This document shows, one piece after another, positions 42,401 to 52,515 of a stretch of 64,000 nt of DNA (position 1 is the first letter of the stretch; every line of letters starts with the position of its first letter). The translations under genes were made by a program, and so were the position numbers. This DNA comes from Balanoglossus misakiensis (lineage: Eukaryota > Animalia > Hemichordata), in contig CM082583.2 of the NCBI GenBank assembly GCA_040954595.2, positions 4,579,374-4,643,373 of the forward strand, written 5' to 3'. Below the pieces are notes generated by a model, which saw only the letters and a program-made list of their open reading frames with translations, was not told the DNA's origin and searched no databases.

Positions 42401-42908
42401 TTCCTTGAAGTCTCAGTGCCAGTTCAAAAGTAATTGCTCAATGCAAATGTGTGGTCTGCATGTCTGTAGATCTTTTCAGCCTGGTTGAGTGGTCAGTCTG
42501 TTGATCACTCTAATGTGAACAAATTTAAACAGATCAAGGCAGAAGAAGAACAGCTTTTGAGTTCAAACCCCATACATTCAGCCCAAACTGCACCACCAGC
42601 TTGAAGGTTTCTAGTGTTTAGTAACAGTTTCGAAAAAGCTTCAGAACTCGTGCATGACTAATTAAAATAACATTCTAACTTCTGTTTTCCCCCCAGATCC
42701 CATGAGCTGCCAAAATTCCACTATTGGTGTTGGGAGACCATAACAGGTGATGATTCATTCACACAAGTCAACCCCTGTAATCCCTGACATTGTATTATCT
42801 AGTCATGAAAGTATATGGCCATTGCGTTTGTTGCCCTACAGAACTCGGTTTTTGCCAAATGTCTGTTCAAACTTTATTTTCCATTTGTAAACTGCATATC
42901 CTCAGTGT

Positions 42909-42941
<33 letters not shown>

Positions 42942-45900
42942 ATGTATGTATGTATGTATGTATGTATGTATGTATGTACATTGTATGTGCGTGCGTGTAT
43001 ATGTTCGTGCTCATGTGCGTGCACCCTCGCTCACATGTAAAATATTTTCCTTCTGGCATTCTCAGGTGTAACTGGAGTTTTCCTGCTGCTGATCGTATTC
43101 GTCATGTACACCTTCGCGACCCAGTACGCCCGGCGCCACGTCTTCAAGTGGTTCTGGAACACTCACCAACTCTACATTCTGCTCTACATCCTGATGGTGT
43201 TACACGGCTGCGGCCGCCTGGTGCAGTTCCCCATCTTCTACCTCTTCTTCATCGGACCCGCCGTTCTCTTCACCTTCGATAAACTCATCAGTATCAGCCG
43301 CAAGAAAGCCGAGATTGCAGTGATGAGAGCTGAACTTCTGCCATCTGGTATGTGCTAGTCGGTTCACTCTAGTTTAGTCTAGATTAATTTTTTCGTGGGA
43401 CCTGCATAGGTTTGGTTTAGCCAGTTGTGCCTATAGCCACATATAATTAGCTCGTGTGTGCTAGTTACCATAGTTTGCTGTAGTTTGTCTTTCAGTATTA
43501 ATTGCTTGTCCTGTTCTGTAAAGCTTACCTGGTATCTACAAATGTACCTGTGTGTTTGGTTTAGATCATAGATAAAGTGAACAAAAGCAATAAAATACAA
43601 CATACTGGACGAGAAGAATATTCAACATACATATACTGCGAACATAGCAAAAAATAGAACACGTACACTACAAACACTATTAATGTATTGAACATTACTA
43701 TCAACATAGCAATAGGTAGAACATGCTGCAAACATATCAGCAATGTAAAATAAACACCGGTCCTGACAATACTTGATTAGGTCATTGAAACCATACATTC
43801 TTATTCCCTCCTCCATCAGAGGTGACCTACCTGGAATTCAAGCGTCCTGCCGGCTTCGAGTACAAATCTGGCCAGTGGGTGCGCATAGCCTGTATTGTAC
43901 TGGGTGAAAGTGAATACCATCCCTTCACGCTAACCTCGGCGCCCCATGAAGAAAACCTCAAGCTGCACATCCGTGCCGTCGGTCCGTGGACGACCAACCT
44001 CCGCACTACGTACGACCCCAGTGTGGTCAGGGACCATCCCTTGCCAAAGGTACAGGACCTGTTTTCCTCCTTTCTGTTGTGTTGCGTCTTTTCTGTGTCA
44101 ATATGTATACTCATTATTCTTTGTGTAATACTGTAAAACGGGTTATTTTCGTGGGCCATAAATTTTCGCGAAATACGCAAGAGCCAAAAAAAACTTTAAA
44201 ATAAAAAGTTGCGTAAAATGTTTTTCGGGGGTAACTATCCGGTAAAAATAAGAGAACGCGAAAATTAATCCTTTGTGTAACAGTTGCCTCTTCTGAGATC
44301 GTGAAAATTTCCTGTCGCGAAAATAACCCGTTTTACACTATAGACACTGTACAGTACGCGTCGACTGCTCGGTGCATCAGGTCGGCAGGGACTAACAAGG
44401 GCCCACCGACTGTGCCTCACAATCTACTTGAGGTGTCATTGCTGTGTGTCTGACAGCCTTAGCATGTGTAGGTTGAACAAGAAATTGACCAGTCCTTGAG
44501 TCAGCAGGTCAGCTGGAGGTCGACTCATTTTCAGGATGGCAAAAACTGTTTCCGAGGACTCCTGCCGCATCAACTTGGACAGTGAGCAAAAGAGCTATCG
44601 TGTTTGGACGTTGAACTTCGACAGGACCAAAAATAATGTTTCATTTGTCATTCTTGTTTGACGTATTTCGCCACTCGCTTGATGGACAAGTGTATCTACC
44701 GTTATATTCCTAACCATAATCGTACATTTTTTACAGCTCTACCTGGATGGTGCGTTCGGTGAGGGACACCAGGACTGGTACCGTTACGAAGTGGCCGTCT
44801 TGGTTGGTGGCGGCATTGGGGTCACGCCGTTTGCTTCCATCCTGAAGGACATCGTGTACAGGTCACGTCTGAACGCCACATTCACGTGCAAGAAGGTGAT
44901 TTGTGATTTCAGCCTTTTCACCCTTGTGGCAACACAGTTTGTGTTTAGCATTGATCCTGTGATAGCCAGATTTTCTCTTTCAAATGGTTGTGCAAAATTT
45001 CAACATTTTCACCAATTTTCCCCGTAATTTTAGACCAAGTGGCGATAAGTTTCCAAAGTCTTCAGGTTGAAATCTAAATTTTCGAAGAGCAGTGTGCAAA
45101 AAGTTGTGATTTGTGTTGTTGTTGAAAGATGACGATGAGTTGACTATGGCGTTAAAGAGGGTTAATACTTTCAACCAGCCGCCCTACCTCACAATAGCAT
45201 GCTGTGATTCAGTTTTCATAACAATGCAGCAATGTCATCAAAGTGATGTCTGTATATTGTAAAATGGGAAATTTTCCCGAAGATAGATTTTCAAGACTAT
45301 GCGACAGACATAAAAAACGTGAAAATAAAAAGTTGCGTCAAAATGTTTTTTCGGAGATAGCGATGCAGTGAAATACGAGTACGCGAAAATTAACAGTTGC
45401 CTCTTTTGATATCGCGAAAATTTCCTGTGTTACAGTATTTTAATCTTTCATATTCCTGTTCCAAACACAGGTGTACTTCATTTGGGTGACCCGTACCCAG
45501 AAACACTACGAATGGTTGACGGACATCATCCGCGAAGTGGAAGAGAACGATCAGCAAAACATGGTGTCCGTTCATATCTTCATCACTCAGTTCTATCAGA
45601 GATTTGACCTGAGGACAACTATGCTGGTGAGTCATATAGCATGTGATCTCTCTCAGCCAATCAGCACTGGCGACTCTTCCCAGACCGTTTTTTTTCTTCT
45701 CACAGAGCAAGTACCAGGCGAAAAAGTTTAAAATGTCCAAGTTTCATCGGTATCGGTGATATTCATGATATTTGTAGTTTTAAATAGATCATTTCCCGAG
45801 CTCCACGAGTGCCTGCAAGATCTTGCGTGCACGGCCAGAAAGTTTATACACGAGAGGACATTCTCATGTGACACACTGGGCTAATGCTTAAGAATTTTAA

Positions 45901-48392
45901 TACTGACCGGTAACACCTTGCAGCAATCCAAGAAATTCACTTAAAGGGACAAAGTCTCTCTCTCTCGCTGCCCTTTTTTCCATTAATTATGTTTGATACA
46001 AGACACTGTTTATGTTAATGTACATGTGGATATATAGTGAATCAATGATCAACCACACAAAACTTCCATCCCGCTTGTATGATATGAGAGTAAAAACTCT
46101 GCCCAAAATGAATAAATGGTAAAGAACGATTATTCATTTTGGCGAGTTTTTTCACTCTCCTGTCTATAAGAGGGATGGAACGTGTGTGTGGTTGAACGTT
46201 CATTCGCTATATATCCACATGTATAATAACAAACAGTGTCTTGTATCAAATATTATTAATGGAAAAAAGGGCAGCGAGAGAGAGACTTTGTCCCTTTAAT
46301 ATAATAATTCTGATTTTCTTTTCTTTTCTCTCCAAAAGTACGTTTGTGAACGCCACTTCCAGAAGATCTCCAATCGGTCACTGTTCACCGGTTTGAAGTC
46401 CATCACTCACTTTGGACGTCCCACCTTCTACACATTCCTGAACTCTCTTCAGCAGGAGCACCCTTCGGTGAGTACTCCTCGCACACTGTCCCCGCATTGT
46501 CTCAGACTGATAATGGGCGGGCGGGGTTTTCTTTGTTTGACGAATCATGATATTAAAGATGGCTTGAGGATAAGGGACAGAGAGCAGCCAGGACAGGTTT
46601 GTGCCAGCACATATTGATGCTGAAAATGTTGGTGTTATCACAAATGAATGAATAAAACATAAGTATGTCAGTGTGGCCTAGACATGATACAATTCACAGT
46701 AAGCTTTGGCACGCCAAAAACGCCAAATGGAAACTTAGGGTCTTCTTCACGGAGGAATCAATCAACGAGTATCTGATCGGGCACTGCGATTTAATTTGTC
46801 GTTTAATTTAAACAGAAATTCTTGAGAACACTGAATGTGTGGGATTCTCAGCCAGTAGCATTTATGTGTCACAGTGCTCCTTAGTACAGCAAAAAATCTA
46901 CTATTTTGGGGGTTCACCAAAATGTCCACAGCTTCACAAACCGACGGAGAAAACCCCAAATTTTTACCCATGTACACAGGGTTGCAGAGAGCTGAGATGT
47001 CTGATTCATCTCTACCAGTTGACTGTTTTTGTCTTCTTTAAATATTGGCCATCCAGACATTGACACGTCCACCATCACCCACAAAACTGCAGTGCCTGTG
47101 GCATATTTTCTGCGTATTTCAGTTCGCTGACATTCTCTCCGCCTAATTAAAAAAAACGACTGTCAGAAGCCCCACAGCAGAAAGGAAGTGCCTGCATTGT
47201 CCATTGTCGTCATCATCGGTTGGCCATGGGGCACAGAGGAGACAATTTCTACCGCCCATTCAAAAGTCACGACAGGCTTGATTGGCATCGGACACTTCAA
47301 GGATCTTCACTTCACTTTATAAATCACATTCAAAGTCTAGATGTGTAAAGTTACTGATAAGAAATACTGAATCGGACTACATGTACATCCAAAATGTGCC
47401 ACACTGTAAATGTCACCTTTGCACTTCTTTGTTGGTACATATCAGTATATCTCCAGTCTTATTGCAACAATCATTAAACCCGAAGATTTATGACTGTACA
47501 TGCTGCTCTCAATAAATTTAAACTCCTTTATAGATATAATATAATATAACGTAACATGACATTAAAAAAATAAAAATGGAAAAAAATTACAAAAATTGTA
47601 TACAGTCAATGCCAAAAGACAGTGTGCTCACTACTGTCCTAACAACAGACAAGATGGCGATGATCATAGCGTTGGAGACCATGAAAAGACAGCATGCCTA
47701 TTAAGTGAATGCAGTCCACTATTTGGATGCGTCGAGCGCAAAATTGCCGAAAATTTGTGGATTGGACGTAATGATTGTGCACGTGAAATTACGCACATGG
47801 GCATATAAGACCATCATCAGCCTTGAACATCACACACAGCACACAGTGAATGACATAAATTTAAGCAATAAAACACCCCCAGCCATGGTATACCACGAGA
47901 TTTTGACCAGTTCACGACATATACGCACGAGCGATAGCGAGTGCGTATATGGAGTTGAACTGGTCAAAATCGAGTGGTATACCATGGCTGGGGGTGTTTT
48001 ATTGCTATTATATTATGCCAGTATATTGAAACTTTGCATAAAACATTTTAAAAAGGCATTTTCTTTGACTATGATATATGACTGTGGTATATGGCTAATA
48101 TATCACGGTCACGTGTCGTGTCTCGACCAATCAAATAGCGTGATTTACACCATCAATATACTGGTATAATATAATTGTTGTTAATTACTGGTTTAGTTCA
48201 TCTTGATCGTGTAATTGTTCATGAGACCCTAAAACATCATGTCCTGCATTTTTTCCCCTTTCGCATTAGGTTTCCAAGATCGGTGTTTTCAGCTGTGGAC
48301 CACCCACCATGACACGCGGCGTGGAGAAAGCCTGCGGTCAGCTGAACAAGATCGAAGGTGCTGCCTTCATCCATCACTTCGAAAACTTCTAA
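18336..48392 (+). CDS. DUOX: Dual oxidase (peroxidase-like domain, TM, EF-hands, NOX ferric reductase, FAD and NADPH domains), 33 coding exons, about 1654 aa
   Basis: All exons joined by GT-AG introns with consistent phases (4965 nt). Motifs: [76 protein letters not shown], heme His pairs FHKIIA...VH and THQLY...[22 protein letters not shown]-terminal HFENF*. Confidence 0.97.
19891..19986 (+). CDS. DUOX: DUOX candidate exon 2 (Ser/Thr/Asn-rich, exon-1-like)
   Basis: aatag|(S)[31 protein letters not shown]|gtaagt; 96 nt, phase 1-1; an alternative in-frame acceptor lies 12 nt upstream. Confidence 0.6.
20294..20386. repeat. Small palindromic element with G-run/C-run stem
   Basis: tagctgtggtacgca ... 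(G)n ctgatcag (C)n ... tgcgtaccacagcta. Confidence 0.75.
21541..21651 (+). CDS. DUOX: DUOX candidate exon 3 (mucin-like, exon-1-like)
   Basis: ttttgtag|(S)[36 protein letters not shown]|gtaagt; 111 nt, phase 1-1. Confidence 0.7.
21891..22065. repeat. Imperfect inverted repeat
   Basis: caatcaggca / tgcctgattg and aataaacaaactgactg / cagtcagtttgtttatt. Confidence 0.6.
22301..22394 (+). mobile_element. MITE family E, copy 2
   Basis: ttaacccttccacccc...gaaccatggtggtgaaagggtttaa. Confidence 0.75.
23266..23367 (+). CDS. DUOX: DUOX exon 4
   Basis: [20 protein letters not shown]. Confidence 0.93.
24368..24529 (+). CDS. DUOX: DUOX exon 5
   Basis: [14 protein letters not shown]...RTAFMVFFG. Confidence 0.95.
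24809..24880 (+). repeat. 36-bp tandem duplication
   Basis: tctggactcatg(g/t)tgattccgcagatag(g/a)aagcat x2. Confidence 0.8.
24990..25171 (+). CDS. DUOX: DUOX exon 6
   Basis: [20 protein letters not shown]...SPNNPRQQ. Confidence 0.95.
25373..25586 (+). CDS. DUOX: DUOX exon 7
   Basis: [15 protein letters not shown]...VERFF. Confidence 0.95.
25816..26015 (+). mobile_element. MITE family A (TA-flanked, TIR CTGTAAAACGGGTTATTTTCGCG), copy 1
   Basis: tactgtaaaacgggttattttcgcg ... cgcagaaataatctgtttttcagta; internal sequence shared with five other copies. Confidence 0.85.
30092..30181 (+). mobile_element. MITE family E, copy 3 (shares its TTAA with family C)
   Basis: agcctttcacccc...agaggtcca...aaaccatgttggtgaaagggttaa. 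Confidence 0.7.
30178..30370 (+). mobile_element. MITE family C, TTAA-flanked (Kolobok-like)
   Basis: ttaaAGGTATACAGTCACCT ... AGGTGACCGTATACCTttaa. Confidence 0.85.
30480..30646 (+). CDS. DUOX: DUOX exon 8
   Basis: [24 protein letters not shown]...[11 protein letters not shown]. Confidence 0.95.
30743..30821 (+). CDS. DUOX: DUOX exon 9
   Basis: [13 protein letters not shown]... Confidence 0.93.
31267..31363 (+). CDS. DUOX: DUOX exon 10
   Basis: [32 protein letters not shown]. Confidence 0.95.
32195..32321 (+). CDS. DUOX: DUOX exon 11
   Basis: NANCTFRQ...[12 protein letters not shown]. Confidence 0.92.
32811..32907 (+). CDS. DUOX: DUOX exon 12
   Basis: [25 protein letters not shown]. Confidence 0.94.
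33323..33486 (+). CDS. DUOX: DUOX exon 13
   Basis: [29 protein letters not shown]. Confidence 0.96.
34337..34518 (+). CDS. DUOX: DUOX exon 14
   Basis: [11 protein letters not shown]...[15 protein letters not shown]. Confidence 0.96.
34922..35037 (+). CDS. DUOX: DUOX exon 15
   Basis: [19 protein letters not shown]...IQENPF. Confidence 0.93.
35216..35290 (+). mobile_element. Family B left-arm fragment
   Basis: ttaaagggacaaagtttttctctcgctgcccattaattatgcttgatacaggacac matches 45941 onward. Confidence 0.75.
35478..35615 (+). CDS. DUOX: DUOX exon 16
   Basis: DVCPQPYQL...[21 protein letters not shown]. Confidence 0.94.
35976..36133 (-). mobile_element. MITE family C, inverted truncated copy
   Basis: ttaaaggtatacggtcacctatg...gttaccatggcaaattgagatctagccaatcac is the reverse complement of 30190-30370. 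Confidence 0.8.
36138..36430 (-). mobile_element. Family D inverted fragment, abutting the family C copy
   Basis: gaaaatgctgagtcagcac, agagctctatcaaaaaat and agaatattgt are reverse complements of motifs in 58520-58742. Confidence 0.65.
36582..36698 (+). CDS. DUOX: DUOX exon 17
   Basis: [14 protein letters not shown]...; end of first TM and basic stop-transfer. Confidence 0.9.
36969..37180 (+). mobile_element. MITE family A, copy 2 (variant TIR)
   Basis: tactgtaaaacacttaattttcgcgag ... ctcgtgaaaataaagtgttttacagta. Confidence 0.85.
37313..37515 (+). CDS. DUOX: DUOX exon 18
   Basis: ASEWRGKE...[11 protein letters not shown] (PH-like region). Confidence 0.93.
37663..37844 (+). mobile_element. 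MITE family A, copy 3 (degraded)
   Basis: cactgtaaaa ... gcgaaaatagcctgttttacagta. Confidence 0.8.
37970..38161 (+). CDS. DUOX: DUOX exon 19
   Basis: VLKFDS...[21 protein letters not shown]. Confidence 0.93.
38605..38704 (-). mobile_element. MITE family F, internally deleted inverted copy
   Basis: tagacttgctc ... aaaatcaccaaacgactagtgggctagtcta; flanks gtgattgt / gtgattcgt. Confidence 0.72.
38764..38989 (+). CDS. DUOX: DUOX exon 20 (EF-hand 1)
   Basis: [15 protein letters not shown]...[15 protein letters not shown]. Confidence 0.95.
39283..39376 (+). CDS. DUOX: DUOX exon 21 (EF-hand 2)
   Basis: [32 protein letters not shown]. Confidence 0.92.
39875..40056 (+). CDS. DUOX: DUOX exon 22
   Basis: SFLDIVS...[19 protein letters not shown]. 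Confidence 0.93.
40417..40534 (+). CDS. DUOX: DUOX exon 23
   Basis: AGTLPAQ...[10 protein letters not shown]; phases 1-2 fit neighbours. Confidence 0.85.
40984..41189 (+). CDS. DUOX: DUOX exon 24
   Basis: [17 protein letters not shown]...FAERAY. Confidence 0.94.
41605..41835 (+). CDS. DUOX: DUOX exon 25
   Basis: [18 protein letters not shown]...[15 protein letters not shown]...FHKIIA. Confidence 0.96.
41873..42082 (+). mobile_element. MITE family A, copy 4
   Basis: tactgtaaaacgggttattt ... aaataacccgttttacagta. Confidence 0.88.
42255..42348 (+). CDS. DUOX: DUOX exon 26
   Basis: [16 protein letters not shown]... Confidence 0.94.
42697..42746 (+). CDS. DUOX: DUOX exon 27
   Basis: [16 protein letters not shown]; 50 nt. 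Confidence 0.92.
42909..42978. repeat. (TG)n(TATG)n microsatellite
   Basis: Direct read. Confidence 0.92.
43066..43347 (+). CDS. DUOX: DUOX exon 28
   Basis: GVTG...[19 protein letters not shown]...AELLPS. Confidence 0.96.
43820..44049 (+). CDS. DUOX: DUOX exon 29 (FAD-binding)
   Basis: [13 protein letters not shown]...[11 protein letters not shown]...IRAVGPWT. Confidence 0.97.
44129..44340 (+). mobile_element. MITE family A, copy 5
   Basis: tactgtaaaacgggttattttcg ... cgaaaataacccgttttacacta. Confidence 0.88.
44737..44895 (+). CDS. DUOX: DUOX exon 30 (NADPH-binding)
   Basis: [14 protein letters not shown]...[18 protein letters not shown]. Confidence 0.97.
45255..45437 (+). mobile_element. 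MITE family A, copy 6 (degraded)
   Basis: tattgtaaaatggg ... gcctcttttgatatcgcgaaaatttcctgtgttacagta. Confidence 0.78.
45471..45626 (+). CDS. DUOX: DUOX exon 31
   Basis: [15 protein letters not shown]...FDLRTTML. Confidence 0.96.
45941..46299. mobile_element. Foldback MITE family B, TTAA-flanked with AG...CT termini (Kolobok-like)
   Basis: ttaaAGGGACAAAGTCTCTC ... GAGAGACTTTGTCCCTttaa; long inverted arms cover most of the element. Confidence 0.85.
46339..46467 (+). CDS. DUOX: DUOX exon 32
   Basis: [28 protein letters not shown]. Confidence 0.96.
47864..48175. repeat. Double-hairpin palindromic repeat element in the last DUOX intron
   Basis: Near-perfect inverted repeat 47864-48006 (agcaataaaacacccccagccatggtataccac...gtggtataccatggctgggggtgttttattgct), followed by a second pair attatattatgccagtatattga / tcaatatactggtataatataat. 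Confidence 0.85.
48270..48392 (+). CDS. DUOX: DUOX exon 33 (terminal)
   Basis: [19 protein letters not shown]...FIHHFENF*. Confidence 0.96.
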   Translation, partial: VSKIGVFSCGPPTMTRGVEKACGQLNKIEGAAFIHHFENF

Positions 48393-49169
48393 AAAAATAA
48401 AAATAGAGAGAAAACGTTATTGTCCAACGTTTTTTGTACTACAAAATGTAGTTTTGAGTGTACCTTTATACCGAATTTCATCTTTCTATTATAGTGTGTC
48501 TGCATTCCACATTCAGTTACACTGCTTTGTGTCTTGCGTAATATCTGGGTTTAAACTGATCACTTCTTTGTAATTTTGATTATTGTTTTGATCAGACAAA
48601 GTGGTTTGCAAAAATCTGACAATCATGCAAGTGTTCATAAGACTTTAGTTCAAGGAACATTTTAGCTGTATGTACCGGTAGTGCAACCGTTTGAAGTTAT
48701 CATTTATGATTTCGACATTTGCAAGAGCTGTAGTTCAGTGAATTTAACGTTCACTTTGTTCTGGTAAGAAATACGTGTGTATTGAATATTACCTTAGTCG
48801 GCATCTTGTTTTTGAAATTTTAATGCAAAAAATTAAATTTTAATGCAAAAATTCACTCTTTATCACAGAAAATGTAACTGTTTACTGAAATTGTAATCTT
48901 AGGAATACTAGCAGCTGAAGCATTCATTTGTAGTTTCTGGTAGCATGAAATGAATCTATAGGGTTAGCTCCACCACTTTTCTGACATAGTATTTTCTTTG
49001 TTACTGAGATGTTAAAAATATTATAAAAACTAAGAGTTTTTACAACAGAAATTATCGCAGCTTAGTGTTCGAAAATGAGAGTGTTTAAATTGTAGTTACG
49101 CTCAGATATATTTATCAACGATTGCAAGCCATGCAAAAACTCACCAAATTGAATAATCAGTCTCTACCA

Positions 49170-49342
49170 TTTATTCATTTTGAGCAAGTTTTTACCCTCG
49201 TATCCTAGAAATGGGATGGAAGTGGTGTGTGGTTGAAGGTTCAATCACTACATACACATGTACATTAACATAAACGGTGTCTTGTATCAAACATAATTAA
49301 TGGAAAAAGGGGCAGCGAGAGAGAGAGACTTTGTCCCTTTAA
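49170..49342 (+). mobile_element. Family B right-arm copy downstream of the DUOX stop
   Basis: ...gtgtcttgtatcaaacataattaatggaaaaaggggcagcgagagagagagactttgtccctttaa matches 46130-46299. Confidence 0.82.
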
Positions 49343-51336
49343 CCTAGTGTGAAAGAACCCAGTTTCTGTACATGTAATCCAAGAAGTGTATAAATGTAAC
49401 TGTAAGTGACCCTTTGCATAGAAATTTTATTAAGAACAGTCCATTTAGAGGTAAAGTTCCACATTTTATTTCAATCACGTTAAAGGGGAACGGTCGTCGC
49501 GCCGCGTTTGTTTGTTGATAAACATTACAATTCATCCACAAATCCCTCCAATTAGATAATTCTTAGAATGAACGAAGTAGCCCACCGTAACGTAGACTGG
49601 GCATGACAGCAACTGAAGATCCTAGTAGGTCGTGGCGACTGCAGTGGGGTTTGTGCTGGTATGGGAGGACATTTTCTCATCAGGGGGGGGGGGGGGGACA
49701 CCCACGCGGCGCGATGACTGCTTCCCTTTAAGCTTTATTCCCTGCTGATAGTTATGCAAGATAGTTGATTAGCCAGACTGGTAGATGTGATGAGTTTCCG
49801 TTGCGATGTTGGAGAATATGTTTTGTCTGCAGCTCACTACATGTTGGTGTACTGTTAGAGTTTCCTGAATACACCAGAGTCGCACCTTGTCATTGTTCAA
49901 ATCAGAAAGTGATCGCACCGTTAATGCTGAACTTTTCAGCCGTGCTGAAATTACATACCAAACCGATTTTAGAATACTAGTATATTTTGATAGTTGATAG
50001 TGTGTACACAAATGTAGTATGTGAGAAAGCTGACATGTCACAAGTTATACTGGCTTAGTAAGCAAGTTTCATAATATTTTTGAAAGTCTTGTTTAACAAA
50101 ATGTATTATGAACTTGATTTGGAAAGACATTTGATTTACTTTGTTTTACTGTTAAGTTTTACGTCTCATGGAGATGTCAAAATGTTTTGCGACATTTGAT
50201 TTGTCTACAGTGATGTACATGCATAATTTTTTTTGCTGCTTTTTGTACTTTGTGCAGATCGGCACATCAACTTTCAAGAGGAAATATCCAGAAATACATG
50301 TATCCAGTCTTAATTTTGTAGTGCTCCAACCAAATGTTTCAGAGATTATCCATTCTCCGCTCACAGATTTCCAAATTCTTGTGCGCTGAAACTCTGATTG
50401 TAAGCCATAGAAGTTGTTAGTAATTTTGATAAAATAGGAGAAGTCCTAAATAATACGAGTTCTAGTCGATTCGAAGAGTGTGTTTTTTTTTCAACAAAAT
50501 GAAGCATGTATGTTTACAAATTTCAGTTACCTTAGAGTCCAGTTGCTCACAAAATGAATTATTGCTTTGCATAAAAATGAACTGGGTTTTCCTGAGACCA
50601 TTGAAAGATGTTTTGTTTTGAAATTGAAAACCTAAGGTATCTATTCTGTTGAAAGGACTGCAGTGGCTTTAATAGATTTTGAAAATTTAGTAATATAATT
50701 TTTTATCTCAATCTACGGTGGTTTCCTGGCCCCTCCCTGTATGTACCTGACATTGTGACTGTAATAATTCCAGTTGTTGGTGATAACAGTTTGTAAACAG
50801 ACAGTGTTGACATTTCAAATACTGAATATTTCAATGTGATTCAGGAATTGGAGGGGAAACTTTAGTTTATACATGTAAACAGGATAAAAATGAAGGGGGG
50901 GGGATCGAAAGTTGAAGCTTTTATCCAAATAAATGTGAAATTGTAAACACTGTCCCCAACTGGTAAATTTACAATTTAGGGTTCAAATTACCCTTCAGTA
51001 GTATCGCCATTTTTTTATTTGTCATAATTTTTTATGCGTTTTGTGTTGTAACAAACTGATATTCTGAAGTTGAAAGTACTTGCACTTCCTCAAGTGGCAA
51101 TAAATTTCACGGAACTAATTGAGTGGTTGTAATAATTGTTCGATAAATGCCGTCATGCCCACGCGCGCGCATACACATGTGCGCGCACACGTAGCTTGTC
51201 CTGTTTTCTGGACACGGTGTCAGACAGTTTCATACTAGCTCCTTGTAAACAGAAAATATGTTGATGAAAATGAAATGGCTTCTGTTGTGTGAAGACGCAA
51301 TTGAAGCCCTAACGTGCTCTAAGACACCTCTCTGTC

Positions 51337-51540
51337 AACAAGCGCAAAAAGGGCCCGTGACTCCTAAAAAGTTAACAGTGTAATGCTTGTGCATAAATGT
51401 ATACGTAATGTATACTAGCCTCCGAAAACGGACTAGCGATTACTAGTACCTGACGAACTGCTCGAACAAGAACGTTCACTCATTCACACAAGCGCAAAAA
51501 GGGCCCATGAAGTAAACAGTGTAATGCTTGTGCATAAATG
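51337..51540 (+). repeat. Local direct duplication of about 55-60 bp
   Basis: acaagcgcaaaaagggccc...aacagtgtaatgcttgtgcataaatg at about 51338 and 51488. Confidence 0.75.
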
Positions 51541-51759
51541 AGATGGACCAAACTAAGTTTGAAAGTAAAATCATGAAAATAATGACAGCTCATGCGGCTG
51601 TTATTGTACTTTAATTTTGCAGTTGGACGTTAGGTTGATAAGTTACTGTGCCGCGTTACACAATTGGACAACTTCAGGGTTTCTGGTGACGTCTGTCCGT
51701 AGTCTTGTCACCATAGGCCCTGGAAAAGTTTGGGTTTCAGTTGGCACGACGTCAACGAT

Positions 51760-51931
51760 GCAATAAATGACCACAACCAATCCCATTCGTCCCCGTCCAG
51801 TCTTTGCAATGTCCATAAAGAATATTGGCGTCTTTTAAAAAGAAATCTAGTCAATTCCGTCGCCCACAGATTCTAGTAACCGTGGTGTACATCAAAAACT
51901 GCACGCGCAGCCTTGGCACGGACCTCCGCAG
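51760..51931 (+). other. Possible non-coding first exon of the zinc-finger gene (5' boundary uncertain)
   Basis: Strong donor CAG|GTAAGA at 51931/51932 could pair with the otherwise orphan acceptor at 53967. Confidence 0.4.
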
Positions 51932-52291
51932 GTAAGAAATGATGTCAGATGCAAGTTTTATAATTACGAGCATTTTGCTCCAATATATGGTAAAATACTT
52001 GCGCAGTTTCCGTACAATAAATTATTATGTGTAATACCACTTGATTGGATGAATATTGCACAGAATTCACACTCATCAAAATTATTGGTGTGTAGGCCCA
52101 ATTTTCGAAATCCCAATAGTTTGTCCGGTTTAAAAAATCAGTAAAGAGATGTAAACTTTTTTTCTGAATTTCGAAACACCAGAGGAGCTTTCTTCACCCA
52201 TAATTATAGTTACGTTACTGGTACGATGTTTTTGACGAGGTGTTTTCTTTGATTCACGAATGGCGAATACTTGATTCCCGATCCCCAATAT

Positions 52292-52515
52292 TAGACTAGC
52301 CCACTAGTCGCTTGGTGATTTTCAATTCTCAATACTTTTTGTGTTTTCGGTGGGTTTTTTGTCTTAATGAATAATTTCAATACTTTTTGCGTGCATGCTT
52401 GCCTTGGGCGTGTTTTTGGTAGTGAGGCGAGTTTCGAATTTGGGACTGAGCTTGTGATTTCGGGTAGCGTTGCGCTCTCCCTAAACATAATGAAGCCCAT
52501 AGACTTGGGCAAGAC
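52292..52515 (+). mobile_element. MITE family F, second copy (direct orientation)
   Basis: Nearly identical to 52890-53110 over about 200 bp. Confidence 0.82.
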
